Assembly: GCA_041690395.1 (NCBI GenBank)
Contig: JAWLHJ010000004.1
Coordinates: forward strand, 497,365-561,364
Direction: 5' to 3'
DNA: 64,000 nt
DNA from: Longimicrobiales bacterium
GTDB taxonomy: Bacteria > Gemmatimonadota > Gemmatimonadetes > Longimicrobiales > Gaopeijiaceae
Below, piece after piece: positions 20,572-29,868 of this stretch. Each line of letters begins with the position of its first letter. Within the stretch, counting starts at the first letter, position 1. Under the pieces are notes generated by a model that saw nothing but the letters and a program-made list of their open reading frames with translations, had not been told where the DNA came from and did not search any database. The position numbers and the translations under genes are program-made.

Positions 20572-23300
20572 GCCCCCTGCGCTCCGGCGGGTCCTCCGGT
20601 GACCCCCGCCCGCCCCGCATCGCGGAGCTGCTGCTACGGCTCCTGGTGCCCGGACCGGTCGGCGACGCGTTCGCCGGCGATCTGGAGGAGCGCTTCCGGC
20701 GCCGCCACGCCTCCGCCCCGATCCGCGCGCGGATCGAGTACTGGTCCGACGTCCTGTCGCCGTCCGTCCTGAGACTCCGCGCCGAGGCGCGCGGACTCGC
20801 CCACCCGCCGGGGACGCCTCCGGCCCGCCTGCCAGGAGATGGTCCGATGCACGCCCTCCGCTCCGATGTCCGCTTCGCCTTCCGGTCCCTCCTCAAGTCG
20901 CCGGCGTTCACCGCCGTGGCCGTTCTGTCCCTGGCGCTCGGGATCGGTCCGAACACGGCCATCTTCTCCCTCGTCGACTCTCTCCTGTTCCAGGACTGGG
21001 GCGTGGACGACCCGGAGCGCATCGTCGACGTGTACACGCTCACCTCCGAAGGCCAGTACTTCTTCAATCGGTACGGGAACTACGAGCTGATCGCCGAGGG
21101 CGGCACCGACGTGTTCGAAGCCGTCACGGCCCACAGCATCTTCCCCGGGCGGTTCGAGGGCGAGGCCGGGGTCTCGGAGACCGTGCTGGGGGAGATGGTC
21201 ACCGGCGACTACTTCGAAGTCATGGGCGTCGAGGCCGCGCGCGGCCGCACGTTCCTCCCGGAGGAGGACGCCACCCCCGGCACCCACCCCGTGCTCGTCG
21301 TCTCCGACGGGATGTGGCGGACCCGCTACGGAGCCGACCCCGGGCTGGTCGGGAGCGAAGTGCGCCTGAACGGTCGTCCGTACACGGTCGTGGGCGTCGC
21401 GCCGGAGCAGTTCCGGGGCCGGATCGCGCCCGGCATCGGCACCGAGTTCTGGGTGCCCATGAGCATGTATCCGCACCTCGCGCCCGGAAAGATGGGCCAG
21501 GGCGACCTGACGATCAGCGCCCGGCTTCGCCCGGGCCGCACCGCCGGCGAAGGGCTCGCGGCCATCGAGACGATCGAGGCGCGCATCAACGCCGAGCGGC
21601 AGGCGGCCGATCCGGACCGGCGCAGCTCGCTCGACCTGATCGGCGTGTCGCTGGCGGACGTACGGCTGCACCCGGGCGTCGACGGCGTTGCGCTCGCCAT
21701 CGCCACCCTGCTCTTCGGGGCGGTCGGGCTGGTGCTGCTCGTGGCGTGCGTGAACCTGGCCGGCTTCCTGCTCAGTCGGGCCGTCGATCGCCGCAAGGAG
21801 ATGGCGATTCGCGTCGCGATGGGCGCGGGCAGAGGCGCCATCGTACGACAGCTCCTGGTCGAGTCCCTCATGCTCGCCATCGCGGGAGCCGCCCTGGGCT
21901 TGGCGCTCGGACAGGTCGCGGCGCGGGGGCTGGCCGGTGTGGAGCTGCCGCTGCCCCTACCCGTCGACCTCAGCGTCGATCTGAACGGGTCGGTCTTGCT
22001 CTTCACCGCCGCCGTGGCAGTGGTGGCCGCCCTCCTCTTCGGGCTCACCCCGGCGCTCGAAGCGACCCGGGCTCCGGTGGCCTCCACGCTTCGCGGGGAC
22101 GCCGGGGCCGGCGCCGACCGACGCAAGGTCGGCGGGCGCGCCGTGCTCGTCGCCGCGCAGATGGCCCTCTCGACCGTCCTCCTCTTCGGAGCCGCGCTGT
22201 TCGTGCGCTCGCTCGACTCCGCCACCCGGGTCGACGTCGGCTTCACCGCGCGTGACGGAGGGGTCGCACACATCGAGACCGACCCGAACGAGTACGACGA
22301 CGGGCGACGGGCGGCCCTCGCACGCGACCTGATCGCCCGCCTGGAGGCACGGCCCGGCATTTCCTCCGTGGCCGTCACGGGACGGATGCCGCTGGCGCTC
22401 GGGACCATCAACCTGAACTTCTCGATTCCGGGCATCGACCCGCCTCCGGACCAGCGGCTGCACGTGCTCGAGTACGCGCCGGTGTCGGCCGGGTACTTCG
22501 ACGTCCTGGGAATCACCATGGAGGAGGGGCGTGGCTTCCAGCCGGGTGAGGCCGAGGACGGATCCGGCGTCGTGGTCCTGAGCCGTGCCGCCGCCCACCG
22601 CTTCTGGCCCGGCGAGTCTGCGATCGGGCGTGTGCTCTACCTGGGCGGGGACACGGACCGTCCGCTGTCGGTGGTCGGGGTCGCGGACGACGTGAAGATC
22701 TGGAGCCTGGGCGAGCCCCCGCGGCCCTACGCGTATCTGCCCTACAGCGGCGGGGGCACGGACGCGTTCTACGTGGTGGCCCGTGGCGCCTCGAGCGGCA
22801 TCGACCTGACGGCGGCGGTCCGGGACGAGGTCCGGGCGCTCGACGCCGGGGTGTTCCTCTCGGAGGTCGGGACGCTGCAGGACCACCTGTCGTACGTCTA
22901 CTTCCTTCCGCGGATGGCCGCGGGGCTCCTGTCGCTCGTCGGCGCGCTGGCGCTCGTGCTCGCCTGCATGGGGCTCTACGGCATGGTGAGCTACGGGGTC
23001 GCGCGTCGCACCCGCGAGATGGGCATCCGGCTGGCGCTGGGGGCCGAGCGGCGCGGGGTGGTCGCGCTCGTGCTGCGCGGAGGCCTCTCCCTCGTGGCGG
23101 TGGGCGGCGTCATCGGCGTCGCGGCGGCCGTCGGGCTGGGCGGGCTCGTCGAAGGGTTCCTGTTCGGCGTCGACGGAGTCGACCCGCTGGCGCTGGTCGC
23201 TGCGCCGATGCTGCTCGCCGTCGTGGCCGGGATGGCGGCCTACCTGCCGGCGCGCAGGGCGAGTCGGGTCGATCCGGTGCGCGCGCTCCGGGCCGAGTAG
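20568..23300 (+). CDS. ADOP-type duplicated MacB/FtsX ABC permease with an N-terminal permease-prefix domain
   Basis: GDLEE prefix; DVRFAFRSL.KSP.F, SLALGIG.NTAIFS, ACVNLA, RxxEMxIRxAxGA twice, PARRASRVDP..ALR.E. Confidence 0.92.
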   Translation: MSPLRSGGSSGDPRPPRIAELLLRLLVPGPVGDAFAGDLEERFRRRHASAPIRARIEYWSDVLSPSVLRLRAEARGLAHPPGTPPARLPGDGPMHALRSDVRFAFRSLLKSPAFTAVAVLSLALGIGPNTAIFSLVDSLLFQDWGVDDPERIVDVYTLTSEGQYFFNRYGNYELIAEGGTDVFEAVTAHSIFPGRFEGEAGVSETVLGEMVTGDYFEVMGVEAARGRTFLPEEDATPGTHPVLVVSDGMWRTRYGADPGLVGSEVRLNGRPYTVVGVAPEQFRGRIAPGIGTEFWVPMSMYPHLAPGKMGQGDLTISARLRPGRTAGEGLAAIETIEARINAERQAADPDRRSSLDLIGVSLADVRLHPGVDGVALAIATLLFGAVGLVLLVACVNLAGFLLSRAVDRRKEMAIRVAMGAGRGAIVRQLLVESLMLAIAGAALGLALGQVAARGLAGVELPLPLPVDLSVDLNGSVLLFTAAVAVVAALLFGLTPALEATRAPVASTLRGDAGAGADRRKVGGRAVLVAAQMALSTVLLFGAALFVRSLDSATRVDVGFTARDGGVAHIETDPNEYDDGRRAALARDLIARLEARPGISSVAVTGRMPLALGTINLNFSIPGIDPPPDQRLHVLEYAPVSAGYFDVLGITMEEGRGFQPGEAEDGSGVVVLSRAAAHRFWPGESAIGRVLYLGGDTDRPLSVVGVADDVKIWSLGEPPRPYAYLPYSGGGTDAFYVVARGASSGIDLTAAVRDEVRALDAGVFLSEVGTLQDHLSYVYFLPRMAAGLLSLVGALALVLACMGLYGMVSYGVARRTREMGIRLALGAERRGVVALVLRGGLSLVAVGGVIGVAAAVGLGGLVEGFLFGVDGVDPLALVAAPMLLAVVAGMAAYLPARRASRVDPVRALRAE

Positions 23301-23330
23301 TGGTCGGCGTGGGGGTGCCGCGGCCGGGCG

Positions 23331-24332
23331 TCAGGCCCCCGCCATGAGCGACGTGACGCACGCCACGGCCACGATGTCGTCGGGCGTGGCGCCTCGGGAG
23401 AGGTCGTTGCACGGGCGGGCGAGCCCCTGGAGGATCGGGCCGACCGCCTGGGCGCCGCCGAGGTACTGGACGAGCTTGTAGGCGATGTTGGCCGCGTCGA
23501 GGTCGGGAAAGACCAGGACGTTCGCGCGCCCCGCGACCGGCGAGCCCGGAGCCTTTCGGCCGCCGACCTCCACCGACAGGGCCGCGTCGCCCTGGAGCTC
23601 GCCGTCGGCCTCCACGTCGGGCATGAGCACGCGGAACCGGTCGACCGCTTCCTGCACGAGCTCGACCATGGGACCGGTCGCCGACCCCTTCGTCGAGTAG
23701 GAGAGGAACGCGACGCGGGGCTCGTCACCGACGACACGCCGCCGCGCCTCGGCCGCCGCGGCCGCGATCTCCGCCAGCTGGACGGACGTGGGAGACGGAA
23801 CCACCGCGGCGTCGGTGAAGGTCAGCACGCACGGTCCCATGGCGTGGTCGTCCTCGAACGCCATGTAGAACGACGAGCTCACCGTTTCGATACCGGGCGC
23901 GGTGCCGACGCCGCGAAGCGCGGCCACGACCACGTCGCCGGTGGTCCTCGAGCAGCCGGCGACCGACGCGGCCGCCTCGCCGGCCCGGACCATCAGGGCG
24001 CCCTGCAGCAAAGGGTCGCAGACCAGGTCCTCGGCCTTCCGCGCGGATTTCCCGGCCGCCTCCCGCGCGGCCACGAAGTCGGCACGGTACCGCTCGAGCA
24101 AGCCCGGGTCCCCGGCGTCGCGGATCTCGACGGCGCCCGGATCCAGCCCCGCCTCCTCGAGCCCGGAAGCGATCCCGTCCGGCGCACCGATCAGCACCGC
24201 GTCGAAGAGCCCCGCCGGCACGGCGGCGGCCACGGCCGCCTGGATCCGGGCCTCATCCCCCTCCGGGAACACGAGCTTGCGACGCTTCTTTCGCGCCCGC
24301 TCACGGACCTCGGCGACGAAGTCGAACGTCAT
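23331..24332 (-). CDS. pta: Phosphate acetyltransferase (short form)
   Basis: VFPEG, LSYSTKGS, DGELQ.DAA, FPDLDAANI.YK, DLSRG. Confidence 0.88.
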   Translation of the reverse strand: MTFDFVAEVRERARKKRRKLVFPEGDEARIQAAVAAAVPAGLFDAVLIGAPDGIASGLEEAGLDPGAVEIRDAGDPGLLERYRADFVAAREAAGKSARKAEDLVCDPLLQGALMVRAGEAAASVAGCSRTTGDVVVAALRGVGTAPGIETVSSSFYMAFEDDHAMGPCVLTFTDAAVVPSPTSVQLAEIAAAAAEARRRVVGDEPRVAFLSYSTKGSATGPMVELVQEAVDRFRVLMPDVEADGELQGDAALSVEVGGRKAPGSPVAGRANVLVFPDLDAANIAYKLVQYLGGAQAVGPILQGLARPCNDLSRGATPDDIVAVACVTSLMAGA

Positions 24333-24850
24333 CGCCCGAGCTTCCCGTCGAGCCGGTCGAGGACGTGCGGCGACACGAAGCTGGACACGTCCCCGCCCAG
24401 CGAGGCGACTTCGCGCACCAGCGACGAGGAGATGAAGCTGTAGCGGGCCTCCGGCACCAGGAAGAGCGTTTCGATCTCGGGCCAGAGCTCCTGGTTCATC
24501 TGGGCCATCTGGAGCTCGTACTCGAAGTCCGAGATGGCGCGCAGTCCGCGCACGATGAAGTGAGCACCGCGGTCACGGGCGAAGTCCACGAGCAGCCCCT
24601 GGAACGGGTGGACCTCCACACGGTCGTCGTCGGAGAAGGCTTCGCGGATGAGCTCCACGCGCTCCTCCACCCCGAAGAGCCCCTTCTTGGTGTGGGTCGA
24701 CGTGTACGCGACACCGATCACAAGGCGGTCCACCAGGCGCAGCGTACGTCGGGCGATGTCCTCGTGCCCGCGCGTGATCGGATCGAAGGAGCCGGGATAC
24801 AGGCCCACGATCGGGTCAGGGCGATGGGTCGTCCGTGGCGATGGCGTCAT
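24329..24850 (-). CDS. coaD: Pantetheine-phosphate adenylyltransferase
   Basis: YPGSFDPIT.GH, RGLRAISDFEYE, ISSSLVRE. Confidence 0.96.
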   Translation of the reverse strand: MTPSPRTTHRPDPIVGLYPGSFDPITRGHEDIARRTLRLVDRLVIGVAYTSTHTKKGLFGVEERVELIREAFSDDDRVEVHPFQGLLVDFARDRGAHFIVRGLRAISDFEYELQMAQMNQELWPEIETLFLVPEARYSFISSSLVREVASLGGDVSSFVSPHVLDRLDGKLGR

Positions 24851-25367
24851 GGTCGGTGAGTGTGGTGAGTGCCGTGTCCCCGTACCGTCGGGTACGGGCG
24901 TGGGCGGGGAGCGGGATCTCGTCCCGCCACGCGTGCTCGAGCCAAAGCGTACATGCGAACGGGCGTTCCAGAAAGCGCTCGACGAGTGCGGCCGCGTCGC
25001 CCGTGCCGTACGGGGGGTCCGCGAACGCGACATCGAAGTGCTCCGGGTCACGGGCGAGGTAACGGAAGACGTCGTCCGTCACGATCGTCGCTTCCGCCTC
25101 CGCCTCGAGCGCACGGACGTTGTCGCGGAGCGCACGGAGCGCGTCCCGCCCCCGCTCCACGAAGACGGCCTCCGCCGCGCCCCGGCTGAGGGCCTCGAGC
25201 CCGAGCGCGCCCGATCCGGCGAAGAGGTCGAGCACGCGGGCCCCGGGGAGATCCGGTCCGGCTGCCGACATCCAGGCCTCGCGAACACGGTCCGTGGTGG
25301 GCCGCACGGAGCGGCCGCGAGGGGCCTTGATCTGGCGTCCACCCCAGCGCCCGGCGACGATCCTCAC
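24816..25367 (-). CDS. rsmD: 16S rRNA m2G966 methyltransferase
   Basis: RIVAG, RPTTDRVRE, DLFAGSGALG.EALSRG, DPPY. Confidence 0.94.
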   Translation of the reverse strand: MRIVAGRWGGRQIKAPRGRSVRPTTDRVREAWMSAAGPDLPGARVLDLFAGSGALGLEALSRGAAEAVFVERGRDALRALRDNVRALEAEAEATIVTDDVFRYLARDPEHFDVAFADPPYGTGDAAALVERFLERPFACTLWLEHAWRDEIPLPAHARTRRYGDTALTTLTDHDAIATDDPSP

Positions 25368-27169
25368 GCCGGGGAGCCTGGCTCGCCGACACGGGGGGCG
25401 CCGACACCAGGCTCGCCGGCACGGGGCTGGCCGACCCGGGGCGGGCCGGCGGACAGTCGCAGGTCCACGAGCTTCGCCTGGGGGCTCACACGGCCCCGCC
25501 ACTCGTTCCGCTCCAGCTTGTACAGCACGTCGTGCGGCGCGGCGCCGAGCTCGTCGGGCGCATGACGCTCCGCGACGCCGAAGCCGATGGCCTCGAGGCT
25601 CGCGCGGCCGTTCCGGAGCCGGGCCTTCAGGTGCCCCTGCCCCACCTCGCGGGCCCCGTCGATCGTGAGTGCGTCGCTGCGGAACACCGGCCCCGGATTC
25701 CCGATCCCGTGGGGGCCGAGGTACGCGAGCCAGCGCACGAGGTCGAGATCCACCTCGGCCGGGTCCAGGACCAGGTCGGTCCTCAGCTCGGGCCGGAGGT
25801 CTTCGGGCAGGAGACGCGCGCGGGCCTCGGCGTTGAAGGCCTCACGCAGGGCAGGAACGCGCTCGCGCGACACATCCATCCCGGCGGCCTGACGGTGGCC
25901 GCCGAACCGTTCGAGGTGGCTCGAGCACGCCGCCAACGCGTCGTAGAGATGGAAGCCCGGCACGGAGCGGGCGCTCCCGCGTCCCCGGTCTCCGTCGAGG
26001 GCGACCATGACCACCGGGCGGTGGATCCGCTCGACCACCCGGGAGGCCACGATGCCGATGACGCCGGGATGCCATCCCTCGGACGCCAGCACGACCCCGA
26101 AGTCCCGGTCCGGCTCGAAGTCCCGCTCGAGCTGCCGGAACGCCTCGTCCTGCGTTCGCCGGTCCTCGGCCCGCCGGTCGCGGTTCAGCTCCTCAAGCTG
26201 GTGCGCCAGGCGCAGCGCCTCGTCGCGGTCGTCCGTCAGAAGTAGACGCAGGGCATCGGCGGACTCACCGATCCGTCCGGCCGCGTTGATGCGGGGCGCG
26301 AGACCGAACGCCAGGTTCCCCGCCGTAACGGTCGCCGGGTCGGTCCCTGAAGCCTCCATGAGGGCCGCCAGGCCCGCCACACCTGTCGCGGCGAGCCGGC
26401 GGAGGCCGAAGGCTACCAGCACGCGGTTCTCGCCACGCAGGGGCACGAGGTCGGCGACGGTCGCCAACGCCACGAGGTCCAGGTAACGGGCGAGAGGCTC
26501 CGGATCCTGTCCGAGCGCCTGCGCGACGAGGGCCGAGAGACGGAATGCGAGGCCGGTGCCGCACAACTCCTTCTCTGGATAGGCGCAGTCGGCGCGCTTC
26601 GGGTTCACGAGGGCGTACGCGGGGGGCCGCGTGTCGCCCGGCGTGTGGTGATCGGTGACGATGACGTCCCGACCCTCCGCCGCCGCCTCGGCGATGGGCG
26701 CGTGCGCCACGGTGCCGCAGTCCGCTGTGACGATCAGAGTGGCGCCCGCCGCACGGGCCGTGTCGAGCCCCGACCGGGAGAAGTCGTACCCGTCGCGCAG
26801 TCGGTGCGGCACGAAGGGAACCACCGTCCCGCCCAGCGACCGCAACCAGCGGGTCAGGAGCGCCGTCGCGCAGATGCCGTCGACGTCGTAGTCGCCGTGG
26901 ACGAAGATCGTCTCACCGCTCCGCACGGCGTCGGCGATACGCGCGGCCGCTCTCGGGCCATCGGCCAGGAGGGCGGGGTCCGCGAGGTGCTCGAGGCGGG
27001 GTCGCAGGAAGCGCTTGGCGTCCCCGGGCTCGAGGAAGCCGCGCCCCGCCAGGATCCGGCAGATCGGCTCGGGGAGCCGGAGCGCGCGGACGAGTCCCTC
27101 GACGCCGGCGTCGTCGACCTCGGGCGGAGGCCGCCAGACGGGCTCCGGCGAGGGCAGCACGCGGGACAC
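25364..27169 (-). CDS. recJ: Single-stranded DNA exonuclease RecJ
   Basis: GDYDVDG, DCG, TDHH, PRINAAGR, GSARS, GGHxxAAG. Confidence 0.97.
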   Translation of the reverse strand: MSRVLPSPEPVWRPPPEVDDAGVEGLVRALRLPEPICRILAGRGFLEPGDAKRFLRPRLEHLADPALLADGPRAAARIADAVRSGETIFVHGDYDVDGICATALLTRWLRSLGGTVVPFVPHRLRDGYDFSRSGLDTARAAGATLIVTADCGTVAHAPIAEAAAEGRDVIVTDHHTPGDTRPPAYALVNPKRADCAYPEKELCGTGLAFRLSALVAQALGQDPEPLARYLDLVALATVADLVPLRGENRVLVAFGLRRLAATGVAGLAALMEASGTDPATVTAGNLAFGLAPRINAAGRIGESADALRLLLTDDRDEALRLAHQLEELNRDRRAEDRRTQDEAFRQLERDFEPDRDFGVVLASEGWHPGVIGIVASRVVERIHRPVVMVALDGDRGRGSARSVPGFHLYDALAACSSHLERFGGHRQAAGMDVSRERVPALREAFNAEARARLLPEDLRPELRTDLVLDPAEVDLDLVRWLAYLGPHGIGNPGPVFRSDALTIDGAREVGQGHLKARLRNGRASLEAIGFGVAERHAPDELGAAPHDVLYKLERNEWRGRVSPQAKLVDLRLSAGPPRVGQPRAGEPGVGAPRVGEPGSPA

Positions 27170-27193
27170 GTCAGCTACTGAGCGCCGCGCCCC

Positions 27194-28018
27194 TCACTCT
27201 TCGACCAGCGCCTCGTCGGGCGTGTCGGACGACGTCTCGTCGCCGCTCTCCGAACCCTCGGCCGCAGCTTCGACCGCGGCCGCCTTCGCCTCCTCCTCGG
27301 GGGCCTCCGGCTCGGGCGCCGTCAGGATCACGCCGCAGGCTTCACACCGGATGAGGCGCGCGCCGTGGCGGATCTCGTTCTGGACCTGGAGCGGGACCAT
27401 GCCGTAGCAGTTCCCGCAGGCCCCGTCCTCGGTCAGCGCCGCGACAGCCTTCCGGCCGGTGCGGCCACGGATCGCGTCGTAGATCCGGAGCTCCTCGTCG
27501 TCGATGTCGTTGGTGAAGCTCTCCCGCTTCGTCCGCAGGGACTCGAGCTCCTCCTGGACCCGCTTCCGCTCGGCGAGCAGCTCTTCCTTCTTCGGCTCGA
27601 CCATGGAACGAGCCTCCTCGAAGGCGGACGCCAGCTCCTCGATCCGCTCGTCCGACTTCCGGATCTGGTCGAGCAGCGTGAACGCCTCCTGCTCGTCGTT
27701 CTGCAGGGCCCGCTTGATCATCTCCAGCTCGGCGCTGACCGCGGCCTCCTCGCGCAGGTTACGGACCGACCCGAGACGCTCCTCGAGCTTCTTCAGACGG
27801 TCCTTCTTCTCGTCGATCGAGAGCTCGAGCCGGCGCTCCTCGAGCTTCATCTCCTGCGATCGCTTGCGGAGGGTCCCCAGCTCACTCTCGAGGACGAGAA
27901 CCGGCTCCTCCACTTCCTCGAACAAGGGGTCGAAGGACTGGATCCGCTCCTTGGTCTCGAGAATGCGGGTGTCCAGCTTCTGGAGTTCTTTGAGGGCGGT
28001 GCGCTGCTGCTCCGTCAT
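27194..28018 (-). CDS. Coiled-coil + C4 zinc-ribbon protein (DUF164/CT398-like)
   Basis: LQKLD start, long coiled coil, CGNC...CEACGVIL. Confidence 0.85.
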   Translation of the reverse strand: MTEQQRTALKELQKLDTRILETKERIQSFDPLFEEVEEPVLVLESELGTLRKRSQEMKLEERRLELSIDEKKDRLKKLEERLGSVRNLREEAAVSAELEMIKRALQNDEQEAFTLLDQIRKSDERIEELASAFEEARSMVEPKKEELLAERKRVQEELESLRTKRESFTNDIDDEELRIYDAIRGRTGRKAVAALTEDGACGNCYGMVPLQVQNEIRHGARLIRCEACGVILTAPEPEAPEEEAKAAAVEAAAEGSESGDETSSDTPDEALVEE

Positions 28019-29868
28019 CGGCTCGGTTCGTTCTGTGAGTGATCTCTTCGAGGTCCGCGCGTTGCGGATCCCCAGTAATTCGGGTCGAGCTGCCTCAGCT
28101 CGCGGGCCAGCGCCGCCTTGGCGTTGGCCAGCTCCAGCTTCTCGTCGTCCCCAGGGGCGGACTCGATGCGCCGCTGGAGCTCCTGGATTCGCCGATCCAG
28201 GGCCAGAACCCGAAGGCGGTTCACCGACTTGGTGAACAAGTCGATCCCGTGCGAGAGCTCTTCCTGGTCGGAGAGGATCTCCTCGAACCGCTTCGCGCTG
28301 ACGGGATCCATGGACGACGTTGGAGCCCGAAGGTCGGGATCGTCAAGAAGCATCTCAAAGATGGCGCGGTGGTGCGGATCGTCAAAGTCTTCGGCCGAGA
28401 CCAGCTCCGCGGCGCGCTCCACCCACTCCACGCCGCGGACCATCACCTGGAGGAGCTTCCGCTCGGCTCCGAGCCTCGGAAGTCGGGGGGCCGGCCCGCC
28501 ACGCGGCGGCCCCGGAGACCGACGCTCGGACGGGCGCGGACCACCCTGGGGGCCCGACGGGGCCGCCGACCGACGAGGTCCCTCCCGGCTCAGCTCGCCT
28601 TCCAGATTCTCCCGGCTCACGCCCGTCTTCTCCGACACCTTCTTCATGTAGATGTCGCGGAGCGCGGGATCGGCGGCGGCGCGCAGGGTCGGCAGGAGCC
28701 GGTCCACCGCCGACCGCGTCCGCTCGATCGACGAGAAGTAGTCGCGCTCGTCGAGGATCTGCACCTTCCGGTCGAGCACGTCCACGGCGTGGTCGATGTA
28801 CGCGCGCAACCGGTCCGGGCCCTCCCCCCGCACCACCGTGTCGGGGTCCTCGCCTTCCGGCAGCGTGACGACCACCGGCCGGAGTCCCGCCTCGAGCAGG
28901 ACGTCGCCCGCCCGGAACGTCGCTTTCAGGCCCGCCGAGTCCGAGTCGAACAGGAGCACGACCCGCTTCGAGTACCGTCCCAGCAGACTGGCCTGCTCGG
29001 GCGTCAGGGCCGTGCCCAGCGGCGCGACCACGTTCTCGAAGCCGTGCGCGGCGAGCGAGACGACGTCCATGTATCCCTCCACCACCAACACGCACTCTTC
29101 CCTGCGGATGGCGTGGCGGGCCCACGAGAGGCCGTAGAGGTTCAGCCCCTTGTGGTAGATCGGTGACTCGGGGGAGTTGACGTACTTGGGGGCGTCGGGT
29201 CGGTCGCCGTCCAGGACCCGGCCACCGAACGCGATGACCTTGCCCGACAGCGACTCGATGGGGAAGACGATGCGTCGCCGGAACCGGTCGTACGCTTCGG
29301 GCGACTTCTCGCTCCGACCGAGCAGCCCCAGCTCCAGCATGAGGTCCTCGTCGAGCCCGTGCTTGGCCGCGGCCTCCCGGAAGGCGCGCCATTCGTCGGG
29401 CGCGTACCCCAGGCCGAAGCGTTCCGCCGTCTCCCCGTCGATGCCCCGGGCGTAGAGATAGTCGCGCGCGATCTTCCCGCCCTCGGGGTCCACCAGCCGC
29501 TCGCGGAAGAAGTCCCGGGCGAAGCCGTTGATCTCGTAGAACGGGCGGTTCGGGTCCTCTTCATCCCGGTCCTGGTGCACCTCGCGGATCTCCACCCCGG
29601 CCCGGGCGGCCGTGTGCTTCACCGCCTCGACGAAGTCCATCCCCTGCTTCTCCATCAAAAAGGAGAAGACGTCGCCGGACTTGCCGCAGCCGAAGCACTT
29701 GTAGAAGCCCTTGTCGGGCACGACGTAGAAGCTCGGGGTGCGCTCGTCGTGGAAGGGACAGTTGGCCTTGAACTCCCGACCGGACTTCTTGAGCGAGACG
29801 AACTCGCCGATGACGTCCACGATGTCGGCACGTGCCCGTACCTCGTCGACCTGATCGTCCGGGATCAT
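28015..29868 (-). CDS. dnaG: DNA primase
   Basis: CPFHDERTPSF, CFGC, KYVNSPE, EGYMD, FDSDSAG, DPD. Confidence 0.97.
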   Translation of the reverse strand: MIPDDQVDEVRARADIVDVIGEFVSLKKSGREFKANCPFHDERTPSFYVVPDKGFYKCFGCGKSGDVFSFLMEKQGMDFVEAVKHTAARAGVEIREVHQDRDEEDPNRPFYEINGFARDFFRERLVDPEGGKIARDYLYARGIDGETAERFGLGYAPDEWRAFREAAAKHGLDEDLMLELGLLGRSEKSPEAYDRFRRRIVFPIESLSGKVIAFGGRVLDGDRPDAPKYVNSPESPIYHKGLNLYGLSWARHAIRREECVLVVEGYMDVVSLAAHGFENVVAPLGTALTPEQASLLGRYSKRVVLLFDSDSAGLKATFRAGDVLLEAGLRPVVVTLPEGEDPDTVVRGEGPDRLRAYIDHAVDVLDRKVQILDERDYFSSIERTRSAVDRLLPTLRAAADPALRDIYMKKVSEKTGVSRENLEGELSREGPRRSAAPSGPQGGPRPSERRSPGPPRGGPAPRLPRLGAERKLLQVMVRGVEWVERAAELVSAEDFDDPHHRAIFEMLLDDPDLRAPTSSMDPVSAKRFEEILSDQEELSHGIDLFTKSVNRLRVLALDRRIQELQRRIESAPGDDEKLELANAKAALARELRQLDPNYWGSATRGPRRDHSQNEPSR

